NCBI GenBank assembly: GCA_038087875.1
Contig: CM075992.1
Span: forward strand, 5,644,001-5,708,000
Length of the DNA stretch: 64,000 nt
From: Malacoraja senta
Lineage: Eukaryota
Direction of reading: 5' to 3'
Shown here in pieces: positions 35,501 to 50,500 of the stretch. Each line of letters begins with the position of its first letter. The stretch's first letter is position 1. The translations under genes were made by a program, and so were the position numbers. Under the pieces are notes generated by a model. The model saw only the letters and a program-made list of their open reading frames with translations. It was not told the origin of the DNA and made no database searches.

Positions 35501-38500
35501 GGTGAGTTGGGCCTGTTTCCACACTGTATGACTCTAATAAACATTTATACCTTCCATTTGAAAGGCGAAATCAGCAGAGCGAGGTTGGTGACCTGGTTGC
35601 ACTGGCAGCGGATGTGTGTTCCATTGGAATCTTGCAAACTGCATCCATCGGGAGTCCAGTAACTTTCTCTAGGTACGTAATTCCAGTGGGCACAGTGCAT
35701 GCTCCAGCCATGATCTGGTTCCTGTGGAGAACAAGCTTTTCACACTAACACCGGCTGTAATCTGACATGGAACCATCCCTGGGAAAACTCAATGCCCAGA
35801 ATAGTTCTAACCCTGGCTCAACTCTGTGCTAATTTGGCCCAGCAGAGGAAATGATGGAAGCTGGTGGATTACAGCCAGTGTATTCTTGCATACGGACAAA
35901 TGCTGTACGGGGTCAAATGCAATCTTCTCCACCATATAACCATATAACCATATAACCATAACAGCACGGAAACAGGCCATCTCGGCCCTTCAAGTCCGTG
36001 CCGAACATTTAATTTTTTTAAATTTTTTTTTTTTAATTAAAAATAAAATACTTCCCCCTAGTCCCATCTACCTGCACTCAGACCATAACCCTCCATTCCT
36101 TTCCCGTCCATATACCCATCCAATCTATTTTTAAAGGATAACATCGAACCTGCCTCCACCACTTCCACTGGAAGCTCATTCCACACAGCTACCACTCTCT
36201 GAGCAAAGAAGTTCCCCCTAATGTTCCCCCTAAACTTCTGTCCCTTAATTCTCAAGTCATGTCTCCTTGTTTGAATCTTCCCTACTCTCAATGGGAAAAG
36301 CTTATCCACGTCCACTCTGTCTAACCCGCTCATAATTTTAAAGACCTCTATCAAGTCCCCTCTTAACCTTCTGCGCTCCAAAGAATAAAGACCTAACTTG
36401 TTCAACCTTTCTCTGTAACTTAGTTGCTGAAACCCAGGCAACATTCTAGTAAATCTCCTCTGTACTCTCTCTATTTTGTTGACATCCTTCCTATAATTAG
36501 GCGACCAAAACTGTACTCCATACTCCAGAATTGGCCTCACCAATGCCTTGTACAATTTTAACATTACATCCCAACTTCTATATTCAATGCTCTGATTTAT
36601 AAAGGCCAGCACACCAAAAGCTTTCTTTACCACCCTATCTACATGAGATTCCACCTTCAGGGAACTATGCACAGTTATTCCTAGATCCCTCTGTTCAACT
36701 GCATTCCTCAATTCGCTACCATTTACCGTGTACGTCCTATTTTGATTTGTCCTGCCGAGATGTAGCACCTCACATTTGTCAGCATTAAACTCCATCTGCC
36801 ATCTTTCAGCCCACTCTTCCAAATGGCCTAAATCTCTCTGTAGACTTTGAAAATCTACTTCATTATCCACAACACCACCTATCTTAGTATCATCTGCATA
36901 CTTACTAATCCAATTTTCCACACCTTCATCCAGATCATTGATGTACATGACAAACAACAGTGGACCCAACACAGACCCCTGAGGCACCCCACTAGTCACC
37001 GGCCTCCAACCTGACAAACAGCCATCCACCATTACTCTCTGGCATCTCCCATTCAGCCACTGTTGAATCCATCTTGCTACTCCACCATTAATACCCAACA
37101 ATTGAATCTTCTTAACCAACCTTCCATGAGGAACCTTGTCAAAGGCCTTACTGAAGTCCATATAGACAACATCCACTGCTTTACCCTCATCAATTTCCCT
37201 AGTAACCTCTTCGAAAAATTCAAGAAGATTAGTCAAGCATGACCTTCCAGGCACAAATCCATGTTGACTGTTCCTAATCAGACCCTGCTTATCCAGATGC
37301 TTATATATATTATCTTTAAGTATCCTTTCCATTAATTTGCCCACCACTGACGTCAAACTAACAGGTCTATAATTGCTAGGTTTACTCTTCGAACCCTTTT
37401 TAAACAACGGAACAACATGCGCAGTACGCCAATCCTCCGGCACTATTCCCGTTTCTAATGACATTTGAAATATTTCTGTCATAGCCCCTGCTATTTCTAA
37501 ACTAACTTCCCTCGATGTCCTAGGGAATATCCTGTCAGGACCTGGAGACTTATCCGTTTTCATATTTTTCAAAAGTGTCCGTCCGCACCTCCTCTTCTTT
37601 GAATCTCACAGTTTCCATTGCTACTCTGCTCGTTTCCCTTACCTCACATAATTCCATATCCTTCTCCTTCGTGAATACCGAAGAAAAGAAATTGTTCAAT
37701 ATCTCCCCCATCTCTTTTGGCTCTGCAGATAGCTGTCCACTCTGACTCTCTAATGGACCGATTTTATTCCTTGTTATCCTTTTGCTATTAATATAGCTGT
37801 AGAAACCCTTTGGATTTACTTTCACCAGTTTCCACATTTATAGTCTGATCCATTGAATGGTTGAATGGAAGGTTGTTAGTGACAGAAAGATCTGGCTAGT
37901 ATTTAACCCTTGTGTAGCTATTCCATTTGGGTGTGGGAGGGGGGGGGGGGAGGGTGCACAGTGATGCAGCTGGTAGATTCTGGGCTTGACAATAACCCCA
38001 GGTCTGAGTGGAGTTTGACCTCACCGGGCGTTCTGGTTTCCTCCCACATCCCAAAGATGTGCAGGTTTGGCGAGTTCATTGGCCACTGTAAATTGCCCAT
38101 AGTGTGTGTGTAGGGATGAGTGGGTGGAATAACATAGAACTAGTGTAAATGAGTGATCGATGGTCGATGCGGACTCGATGGGCCGAGACGCTTATTTCCA
38201 TGCTGTATCACACTATAGACACACTGAACTGTTCTGTATTTATGCCTACAATATTCTGTTGTGCTGCAGCAGGCAAGAATTTCATTGTCCTATCTGGGAC
38301 ACATGACAATAAACTCTCTTGACTCTTGATCTCTAAAATTAAAAAACTAAACAGCATGAATATCATTCAGAGACAGGTTTACGATCAATGATACAGACAG
38401 GGGGCAAGGTGGTGCAGCGGTAGGGCTGCTGCCTTACAGCACCAGAGACCAGGGTTCGATCCTGATTACGGGTGCTGTCCATGTGGTGTATGTACATTCT

Positions 38501-41500
38501 CCCCATGTTTTCCCCGGGTGCTCCGGTTTCTTCCCACACTTCAAAGACTTACAGGTTTGTAGGTTAATTGACTTCTGTCAATTGTAAATTGCCCATAGTG
38601 TGTAGGATAGTGTTAGTGTACGGGGTGATCGCTAGTTGGCGTGGACTCGGTGGGCTGAGGAGGCTTGTTTCCGCGCTGTATCTCTAAACTAAACTAAACA
38701 TTTAACACAGCATACCAGATCAGTGCAACTTCTTACAAACCTCTGTGTGCCTGATCGTGAAGTTAAGCATTGTTTTGGAGTCAGGGTTCTCTCTCTTAAT
38801 CATCACAGCTGAAACTACATTGGAGACTAACTGAAATGTTGTCTGATTTCTGCCTGAGGTGTTGAGCTTGAAAGGACACCCCTTGAGGATGGAATCCATG
38901 TTGCTGTAGGCAATCAAAGCCACAAAATCTGTCAATGGAGAAAGAGAGAAACAAATGAACTGACCCGAAACATTAACTCTGCTTCTTTCTTCAAAGAGCA
39001 AAAAACAAACCGCAGGAGGAACTCAGCGGGTCAGGCAGCATCTATGGAGGGAAAAGGGCAGGCCACATTTCAGGTTGGGTCCATTCTTCAGACTGATGGG
39101 AGTGGAGGGGAGAAAGCTATCCAATAAAGGATCCCAACCCAAAACGTTATCCGTCCATTCCAGTCCATAGATGCTGTATTTTGTTCTGGTCCATTTGACA
39201 ATTGACTCGTGACTCTTGATCTTTGTAACTGAAAATGTTTGTGTCTATGCATAACACCAATGGTCTATGAACTTTCTGAGAAGCATTATAGTATATTTAC
39301 TGCTCAGGTTGTCTTTCACATTTCACATGTTGATGAAACAAGAGATTGCAGATGCTGAAATCCTGAGCAAAAAAGATGCCTTCCTTTGCAGGTCTGATCT
39401 GTCTAAGCTCAGTCTTTCATCAATATGATTGGTTTCATCTGCCCATCAAGCCATTTTGTGTTCGTAAAGATGGCTCTGTTGCCACCTACCTATTCAGGAC
39501 AGCAATGGGGTGGAAGATTGCAACCTTCACGTGGTCCACCCTGTTTCGACGAATACAATCAACCCAGCGTGCACAATCAAATAAGATCAAATAGAACAAG
39601 TTGTCCTACAACTTTAAGCTGTGCACGCCATACGCAAGAAGAAGAAGAAGGACAGCAATGGTCTCACAGAGACACAAAAGTCTTCAGATGTTGAAATCTT
39701 GAGCAAAAGAAAGTGCTGGAGAAACTCGGCGGTTCAGGCAGCAACTGGGGATGCAAAGAACAGGCTAAAAAAGGGCCCCCACTTGAAACGTTTTCTGTCC
39801 ACTCCCTCCCCAGATGCTGCCTGACCTTGAGTTCCTCCAGCATTTTGTGCTTTGCTCGGGGTTTCAATATCCGCAAAAACAACTTACAGTAATTCATGAG
39901 TGCTGGAGTAACACAACGGGTCCGGCAGCATCTCTGGAGGGAATGAACAGGCATCGTTTTGGGTCGGGAACCTTCTTCGAGTCTGAAGAAGGGTCCTGAC
40001 CAAAATGTCCAGTTTTGCTCAAGATTCCAGCATCGGAGGCTCATTGTGCCTATGGTAAACCGTACCTTTACTTCGTAACAAAAATAAGACATTTGCTGAG
40101 AATAATTCAATTTCAGAAGAATTAGCACAAGCAAATTAGCACCAGGGTGGCACAGCGGTACAGTTGCTGCTTTACAGCACCAGAGACCCGAGTTCGATCC
40201 TAACTCTCTGTTCGGGTGCTCTCTGTACGGAGTTTGTACATTCTCCCCATGACCAGCATGGGTTTTTTCCGGGATCTCTGGTTTCCCCTCACACTCCAAA
40301 GACTTATAGGTTTGTAGGTTAATTGACCTGGTATAATATTGTAAATTGTCCCTAGTATGTGTAGGGTAGTGTTAATCATGTGCGGGGATTGCAGGTCGGC
40401 GCGGACTCGGTGGGCCAAAGGGCCTGTTTCCACACTGTATCTCTAAACTAAACTAAACAAATAGAATTAATTGCTGTTACCATCGGTTTGATTTCTAGTG
40501 ATGGTGTTTTGATCTATATCCACAGCATTGCCTTTTGTCTGCAGACTTATTCTGTCAGAGGCTGAACTGTTAAGTCCACGAAGGTTTAGTATTTCCACAC
40601 CTAAAAATACAAAAAAGAAAATTGTAAATGTATCCTGGTGGAGTAACATTTATTCCACGGACGCTCCATCTTCTGCTCAGCATAAATTATAAAGTTCCCA
40701 GGAATAAACCTTGGAGATGTTCCATTACATGGACATCGGTCATTGCACAGGATGTCACAGTGAATTAAATACATTTTGGAACATATTTACTGTCACAATG
40801 TATGAAATAAAACAGCAAATTTGCATACAGCAAATTTTTATAACAGATGTGTATAACTGGATAATCTGTACCTGTGAATGAAAAACAACAAAAAGGCGCA
40901 GATGCCAGAAATCCGAAATAAAAATAGAAAACAATGTAAATAGCAGATTAGTCTGCATCTGTGAAAAGAGAAACAGAGTTAATGTTTTATGGCAATGATC
41001 TCTCATCAGAGCAGAACAATGACTCTTGTTTTCCCCTTCACAGCTACTGCCTGACTAGCTGAGTGTTCACAGCATTTTCTGCTTTAAAAAAAGGCACAAA
41101 GTGCTGGAGTAACTCACCTGCTCAGGCATCATCTCTGGAGAACATGGACAGGAGATGTTTCGAGTCAGGAACCTTGTCCAGACTTATTGTGGTCGGGAGG
41201 GGTGGAGAAAGCAACAAAGTCTGGTGAGGGTGAGTGATAGGTGGATACAGGCGAGGAGGGGTTTTGGTGGGAAGATGGTTAAGAAGAAGGGTCCTGACTC
41301 AAAACATCAGCTATGAAAAGACTAGGCTTGTATTCACTGGAGTTTAGAAGGATGAGGGGGGATCTTATAGAAACATATAAAATTATAAAAGGACTGGACA
41401 AGCTAGATGCAGGAAAAATGTTCCCAATGTTGGGCGAGTCCAGAACCAGGGGTCACAGTCTTAGAATAAAGGGGAGGTCATTTAAGACTGAGGTGAGAAA

Positions 41501-44500
41501 AAACGTTTTCACCCAGAGAGTTGTGAATTTATGGAATTCCCTGCCACAGGGGGCAGTGGAGGCCAAGTCACTGGATGGATTTAAGAGAGAGTTAGATAGA
41601 GCTCTAGGGGCTAGTGGAGTCAAGGGATATGGGGAGAAGGCAGGCACGGGTTATTGATAGGGGACGATCAGCCATGATCACCATGAATGGCGGTGCTGGC
41701 TCAAAGGGCCGAATGGCCTCCTCCAGCACCTATTTTCTATGTTCTATCCAGTCTATGTTTCTATCCATGTCCTCCAGAGACGCTGCCTCCCTCACTTTCT
41801 GTTCTTTTTTGTAAACCAGCATCCGCAGTTATCAGTCTATATTACGTGTACCTCTACCCTATTGATGGTCATTGGATTTTGTTCATGGAACTAATGCGCT
41901 CCAATGCTGAGAACTATATTCTGCATTCAGTACCTTCCCTTTTGCTCTACCGGCATATCTGATATGTTTGGATAGTGTGCAGTACAAAACATTTCACTGT
42001 TCCTCAGTGCACATGACAATAATAAATCTAAACAAGAGCCTAAAGTTAGTAAATGCTATTCCTCACAATATATGCTCCATGATCACAATACAAGAGAATA
42101 TGTCAAATAAAATATGTCTTCAGAATTTACCAATGTTAGTCATCTCAATGCTGCTTCCTTGATCTTGTAAACTCAAGGTGGCACCAACACCAACGACAGC
42201 ATTTTCCACAGTCTGCAGGAACACAGATGCTAAATAAAGTCGCTCTTCGCTTTCTAATTCGTCCCACAGGGAATCTTTCTCAAGAAGATCGCTTCCAGTT
42301 GAAATCACTTTCTGCAAAGAACAAATAATTTCATTTTTGGCACAGGAAATGCTTAAGTGCTGAGAAAAGTTTAAAAGATTTTTCCAACGTAGTTAGTTTT
42401 GAAGTCTCCAATTCTTCTTCCCCAGCCTGCATTTCAGGCAACATTTCACCAGTGCATTTGCAAACCCAGTGAGCTGGCATGAGCAATATTTCGAAGCACT
42501 TACGGCATGTTCAGCACAGTCATTATGGACTGAATCCCTGTGCTGTATTGTTCTATGTTCTATATCCCCTCCACCATCAGGACCTGCTATTTCCACCTCA
42601 AAACACTATTGCTCTCTGTCTCATCTCGAGTGACGCCTTGGGGTGGGAGATTGCAACCTTCACATGGTCCACCCTGTTTCAACAAATGCAATCAACCTGG
42701 CGTGCACAAACAGAAGATCAAACAGAACAAGTTGTCTTACAACTTTAGGCTGTGCACGCCATACGCAAGAAGAAGAAGAGTGAAGCCTTCACTCATGCCC
42801 CTGTTACGCCTAGATACTGTATGACTCCTCCAGTGCTCGCCTGAACAGTTATGAAATAGTGAACCCTGAAAGAGTGATGGGGTATATTTTTGTCTGGTGA
42901 AGTATCTTACAATAGGATGCTTTGGATTTCCATTCCTCAGGCTTACCTCTCTCCCACCATCCCACCGCTCGTCACAGATTTACCACTTGCTCTCTCTTTC
43001 TTCATCTTGCTAGTGGTCTGACACCTCTCTTAATGATTTTCAACCCTGTCCCTCTCTGATATAATTCCATAACAACCAACCTCCCATCTCCTCACTCCCT
43101 GACCGAATTGACGGTATGATTAGTGTCAGTGATGGTGAATATGGGCTATATATTGACCATAACAAACAGGGATGGTGCATGGTAAAGGTGGGTACACAAT
43201 GTAACCCAGCTGCCAGAACACAGAGCATCTTCAGCGATAAGTATGGAAAGAAGCTGAACCATTTAAAGCCTTGTGATGTCAGCCAAGGATCTGTTAATGA
43301 TTGAGAAAACCATTAGATCTGAGCAGAGTCATCAAAAGCCATAGTGAACTACACAGCATGGAAACAGGCCCTTCAGCGAACTCGTCAGTGCTAACGAGAA
43401 GTTCACAAGTTATAGGAGCCAAGTTCACAAGCCATTCAGCCCATCGAATCTACTCTGCCATTCAATCATGGCTGATCTCTGCTTCCTAATCCCACTTTCC
43501 TGCCTTCTCCCCATAACCATTGACACCCGTTCTAATTAAGAATTTGTCTATCTCGGCCTTAATAACATCCACTGACTTGGCCTCCACAGCCCTCTGTGTC
43601 AATGAGTTCCACAGATTAACTACCCTCTGACTAAAGAAGTTCCTCCTCACCTCCTTTCTAAAAGTCTCCATGAAAGACAACTAGACAACTTGGTCAGCAT
43701 AGAGGAGTTTATGGTCCATATCCCACTAAGCCTTTCCTGTCTATGTCTTTCGTAATTGTACCTGCCTCTACTGCTTGCTCTGAAGCTCTTTCTGTGTCAG
43801 ATTGGGATACTTTCTGTTCATGTTCTGCATTTGCCCTTCTTTTGCATTTTCTTGTATTTTTAAAAAAAAATCTGTGTTTTTCTGCTTTATTTCCGCGCCG
43901 GTCCATAATTCCATTAAACAATATCTCCTCCATGATGCCAAGAATTTGGGCAGAGATTTCAGGCTCACAGATTAATTACTGTCAGCAAGACTGGATCTGG
44001 ATCTAAAAAATATTTAATATAAAATCCTGAAAACCAGTAGGTAAATAATATGCTGTACTATTCCACAGATTACAATAAATCCTGTAGTGACCAACTGCAG
44101 AAAATCACCTGGTGATCCAAATGTGGAAACTAATGTGATACATAATACTTTTAATCTTACTCCCCGGATGTGAATTATTGATATTACTCTGTGGAAAGCA
44201 ATGCAAATTGTAATGAGCCACTACTAACCTGGATTAAAAAGTCATCATTCTCGTGTTGGCACTGTTCATTCACTAAGATAACAAGTGAATTAATCACAGA
44301 ACAATATTTGTGGGGAGAAAACCAGGGGTACTGTGAAAATAAAACAAAATAAGGTGTGAAGATTTCTACTTGGTGCTTGTCTGGTTTGGTTTAGGTGAAT
44401 GGTTCAATGGTTCTTTATTGTCCAGTATGCACTGCACAGTGGACTTCTTGCACCCGTCACCATATTTTGGCAAAGTCCAAAGTCCATATGCTGGATGTAC

Positions 44501-47500
44501 TGAAGCGGCACGTAAGCCCCAAGCTGCTGCAGTGACTCCTCCATCCCCCTCAGTTGGCCTGGACCACCAAACGACATCCCTTTCCTTGCCTGACTGCCTC
44601 CATTTAGTTTAGATATACAGCATGGAAACAGGCCCACAATGACCATCGAGCATGGCGTCAAGTTGGGAAAAGGGGAAGTACAACGGGATCTGGGGGTCCT
44701 TGTACATCAGTCTATGAAAGTAAGCATGCTGGTACAGCAGGCAGTGAAGAAAGCGAATGGCATGTTGGCCTTTATACCAAGAGGAATCGAATATAGAAGC
44801 AAAGAGGTCCTTCTGCAGTTGTACAGACCCCTAGTGACACCACACCTGGAGTATTGTGTGCAGTTTTGGTCCCTTAATTTGAGGAAGGACATTCTTGCTA
44901 TTGAGGGAGTTCAGCGTAGGTTTGCAAGGTTAATTCCCGGGATGGCGGGACTGTCATATGCTGAGAGAATGGAGCAGCTGGGCTTGTACACTCTGGAGTT
45001 TAGAAGGATGAGGGGGGATCTCATTGAAACATACAAGATTGTTAAGGGCTTGGACACGCTAGAGGCAGGAAACATGTTCCCGATGTTGGGGGAGTCCAGA
45101 ACCAGGGGCCACAGTTTAAGAATAAGGAGTAAGCCATTTAGAACGGAGACGAGGAAACACTTTTTCTCACAGAGAGTGGTGAGTCTGTGGAATTCTCTGC
45201 CTCAGAGGGCGGTGGAGGCAGGTTCTCTGGATGCTTTCAAGAGAGAGCTAGATAGGGCTCTTAAAAATAGCGGAGTCAGGTGATATGGGGAGAATGCAGG
45301 AACGGGGTACTGATTGGGGATGATCAGCCATGATCACATTGAATGGCGGTGCTGGCTCGAAGGGCCAAATGGCCTACTCCTGCACCTATTGTCTATTGTC
45401 TATTGAGCACCCGTTCATACTAGTACAATGTTATCCCACTTTCTCATCCACTCCCTATATAGGGGCAATTTACGGAGGCCAATTAACATACAAAGCCACA
45501 CGTCTTTAGGATGTGGGAGGAAACCACGTTTTGCTACAATTCCTTGAAACAGAGAATTAACTTGTTTTAAGTTATCCAACTTTCAAAATCTTAAGGTTGT
45601 TCATAAGTAAAATATTATATATTATATAATATCATAGAATAAAATCAGTCTGAAGAAGGGACCCAACGGAAAAGTGCCTGTCCATTCCTTCCTCATATGC
45701 TGCCTGACACGCTGAGTTCCTCCAGCATTTTGTCTATTGATCAAGATTCCAGCACCTGCAGTCTCTTGTGTCTCTACAGATAGACCCGCATGCACATATT
45801 ATCATAAATCATTTACTTACACATGGGTTATGATCGCTTCCAGTTCCACACATGTATTCATAAGTTACACGATACAAACATGGATGACATTTACGTAGAA
45901 TCAAATATCACAGATATACATAGACAAATTGAAGATGCATGCATAGTCATGGATTTATGCAACTGTCAACAGGAAATAAGGAAATGTTCATTTCCCAAAG
46001 CTCATATTGTTCACTTTGTTGGTTACGAAACTGCATTAAAGCATGTCAAACATATATATTAGTACAGATACTTTATCTAGAATAGACCCCTGAGAATGAC
46101 AAGTGCCCCAATACCTGTGCCTGATTGTCCCAGTGAATGAAGCTGCACTGCGAATTGTTGAAATGGTTCACATCTGTAAGAACATTTACACATGAAATTT
46201 TAAAATGAGTGGATTTTTTTTTTTTAACAGAACACAAAGTGCTGGAGGAACTCAGTGGGTTAGGCAGCATCCATGGAGGAACAGACAGGTGAAGATTCGG
46301 GTCGGGATTATACTTCATACTGATTGGAGTTGGGGGTGGGGAGAAAGTTAGAAAAGAGAGAATCTGAAGAAGTGGCCCAACCTTAAATGTTGCATAACCA
46401 TTGAGCCGATGAGCTGCTGAGTTCCTCTAGCACTTTGTTTTGCTCAAGATTTCAACATCTGAAGTCTCTTGTGTCTCTGTAAGACCATTGCTTAACCCTG
46501 TGGTCTTTGCTTTCACAAAATGGCTTGAAGGAGATGAGAAGGAATTTCTTTTGCCAGAGGGCGGTGAATCTGTGGAATCCATTGCCACAGAAGGCTGTGG
46601 AAACCGATGGATATTTTAAAAGCAGAGATAGATAGATACTTAATTAGTACGGGTGTCACTGGTTATAGGGAGAAGGCAGGAGATTGGGGTTAGGAAGGAG
46701 AGATAGATCAGCCATGATTGAATGGCGGAATAGCCTTGATAGGCTGAATGGCCTCATTCTATTCCTATTACATGATCAATGCCAAAAGCTGAGTCGGATT
46801 CCTTGGGACAGTACTAAAGGAATGTTCACTGTGATAGCTGCCATATTTACAATGAGGCATCAAAATGAAACCCAATGTAAACTTACGAGATCTCATTTGA
46901 AGTGAAGGGACATACGCCTGGTGTCTTGGCCAACCTTTGTGCCTCAATCAATATATCCAACAAGGCACCAATTCTCTGATTCTGGAAGCTTGCAGTGTGC
47001 AGATTGCTATATGCTTTCTGGTTACTGAATTTCCTACACTACATCAGTGATTGTACTTTAGAATTAGTTCATTGGATGCAAAACACTTCAGGATGTTCTA
47101 AAAGGGTTGCAAAATTTGCCATAGAAATAGAGTTTTCTCGAGGCATGAATTTAATTGTACTCGAGGCTTTTAGAATGATCAGATAACTTCACAGTCACTT
47201 TTGGTAAAACCAGCTTCTCAGTGCCAGCTCAAGGTCTCAAAAGAGCACGGCAAGATTTGAACATATGGTTTAAGTTATCCAACTCTCAAAACCCTTTTTG
47301 CCCCTTCCATTTGGATCCCTATCCCAGCTTGGTTCAGGTAGAATCTGTCCCATTGTTACCATTCTTTCTTTTCCCATTACTGGTGTGAGTGTCCCACCAC
47401 TCTTTCAACCGCTTGTTTCTCTTCCTTGCCTACTTAGAGTATCTATACATCAAGCTGTACATGGGCCAAGCAATAATGCATCGATTATAACTCTTGGTCT

Positions 47501-50500
47501 TTAATACTTAGCAGAATATGCAAGTTTTTGATTTTCATTTACCAATGCACGTAGTGTTCGTACAGGTGTAACGTCCAGGTGTATTTGTGCAGACTTCCCA
47601 AGGATTACACGGATTTGAAAGGCATTCATTAATATCTGAAATCAAAACGCACATCAGTGTTGAACACGTGTCTCGACCCAAAACGTCACCTATTCCTTTT
47701 CTCCAGAGATGCTGCCTGACCCACTGAGTTACTCCAGCTTTTCATATCTGTCTTCAGTTTAAACCAGCATCTGAAGTTCCTTCCTACTCAGCATTTTATT
47801 AGATTCAATAATCAAACCTGACCTTATCTCAGAATACCCTTTCACCTCAAAGTTCAGTATCATCTGAGGTTTAAGGGCTTGTCCCACTGTACAAGGTAAT
47901 TCAAGAGCTCTCTCGCGTTTAAAAAAAATCAAACTCGTGGTAAGTACGTAGAATGTACGTAGCGGGTACGTCGGAGCTCGGGACGTCTCTTAGCAGCTCG
48001 TAACGCTAACGGCAGGTACTCGGGAAACGCGGTAAGCTCGTGAAGACTCGTGAAGATTTTTCAACATGTTGAAAAATGTCCACGAGAGCCCCGAGTACCT
48101 ACGAGCGGCTATTACCATAATTCTCCGAGTTCGAATCAGGGGAAACTCGGGAGAACTCTTGAATTAGCTCGTACAGTGGGACAGGCCCTTTAGTTTCAGC
48201 TGAGTCTCTGACTCAGAAAGCTATGGATTGCAATCCCACACAAACATCTGAACCCTAATTCAGTCTTCAACTTCAATGGTGCAATACAGCTGTGCTGTGC
48301 TGTTGGAGGTGTCACCCTTCACAGGAATTTTGCTTGATTGAATGTTACAGCTTGGAAACAGGCCCTTCGGCCCTCCGGGTCCATGCCAACCATCGATCAC
48401 CCATTCACACTAGTTCAGTGATATTATACTTTCTCATCCACTCCCTGGACACTAAGAACAATTTGCAGAAGCCAATTAACTTGCAAACCCACACACAGAT
48501 GTTGGAGGAAACTGGAGCACCTGGAAGAAACCCATGCAGTCATAGGGAGAACGTGCTGACTCCACACAGACAGCACCCAAGGGCAGGATCGATCCCAAGT
48601 CTCTAGTGCTATGAGACAGCAACCCTACCAGCTGTGCCACTGTGATCAAAGCAGCCAACGTTATCAAGAACCACTCATACCCCAGTCATTCCCTCTTCTC
48701 TCTTCCCCCCTGCCTTTCACAATATAAAGGATTGACAGCACGTACCACCAAATTCAAGATCACCTTCTTCCCCACTGTTACTACTCTTGAATGGACCTCT
48801 CAATAAACTCAGGACATAAACCGATCTTCCAATGTACCTCATGGAACTCCTTGCATTTACTTATCTGTACCTTCTCTGTAGCTGTAGCACTATACTGTTT
48901 CCTTTCTCCTTTGCACGAATGACAAGCGTGGATCGCACTCTTTTTTGCTGTATCAAAGTACACATGACAATAAAAAACCAATACCAATGGTTCGTAAAGC
49001 TATACGTTTTCTCCTCATCAATAGCTTCAAATAGAATGAGAGCATGGGTTCCTTGCTGACTACCATGGAAATGCTGTGCCAAATCGCATATCTAAATTGG
49101 TCAGAATGTGTCCTCGATAAAGAAAATTCCAGAGACGATTGAACTTGGTAATCCTCAAAAATAGGTATGGAATTGTGATTCTGGTTTATCTGATCCTGTT
49201 CGCTCTATTTAACAGATGGCAACGTGCCTTTGCACCATAAACTCACTACTCTACTGATGATTGGCCTCAACTGGGAGCACAAAATTGTTGCTGGCCAGCA
49301 GAATGTAGAGCCATTGCTTATAGTCCACAGGTAACCAGCATCCCATGACTTGCCTCAGTGGACAATGAACTGCTTCAGAGGACTGGGGTGTGGACTTTGA
49401 TGTGACAAAGTCCTGAGGAAAGTTGCAACAAGGAACTGCAGATGCCAGTGTATAAAAGAAGACACGGAGTGCTGCAGAGGCCATGCGTCGAAAGATTGAA
49501 AAGACTAGGCTTGTATTCACTGGAGTTTAGAAGGATGAGGGGGGATCTTATAGAAACATACAAAATTATAAAAAGGACTGGACAAGCTAGATGCAGGAAA
49601 AATGTTCCCAATGTTGGGCGAGTCCAGAACCAGGGGTCACAGTCTTAGAATAAAGGGGAGGCCATTTAAGACTGAGGTGAGAAAATACTTTTTCACCCAG
49701 AGAGTTGTGAATTTGTGGAATTCCCTGCCACAGAGGGCAGTGGAGGCCAAATCACTGGATGGATTTAAGAGAGAGTTAGATAGAGCTCTAGGGGCTTGTG
49801 GAATCAAGGGATATGGGGAGAAGGCAGGCACGGGTTATTGATTGGGGATGATCAGCCATGATCACAATGAATGGCTCGAAGGACCGAATGGGCTCCTCCT
49901 GCACCTATTTTCTATGTTTCTATGTCCAGAGGTGGTGATATTGGATTGAGTAAGGGGAGTGGAGATCACACCGGCAATTGGAAATAAAAATGTCCAGAGA
50001 GGGGAGAAGGCCGGCAGGGGAGTTGTTGATGAGGAGGGGGAATATTAGAGACGGGAGAAGTTGTCATAATTGATTGCAGACGGCTGTGTGTTCAGAAAAT
50101 GTGAGTTGCAGACGGCTGTGCGTTCAGTGGGCATGAAGATGTGGGGGACCCCATCCGCGCAATCAGCCTGAAGAAGTCCCAACCGAAACGTCACCTACCC
50201 ACGTTCTCCTGAGATGCTGCCAAACCCACTGGGCTACTCCAGCAGGTTTTGTCTTCTCCTGAGGAAGATCAATGTGAGTGAACCAAATTGGGAAGCCCAC
50301 CACAATGTCCGCAATAAATGCCAAGGAATGGCAAGAAACTGGCCCTGGCAGAGGGTTTCACACAGAATTGGAAGCTGAGCGTTTCCAGCGTAGAGGTGGC
50401 CAAATCCACCGGCTCATGTGCGCACTCAAGTGTGGTGCCCCAGGTACACAAAAATGCTGGAGAAACTCAGCGGGTGCAGCAACATCTATGGAGCGAAGGA

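Noticed and set aside
43709..44006. Short ORFs between ADGRE stalk exons
   Set aside because: No convincing splice pair, and the flanking exons already join in frame without them.
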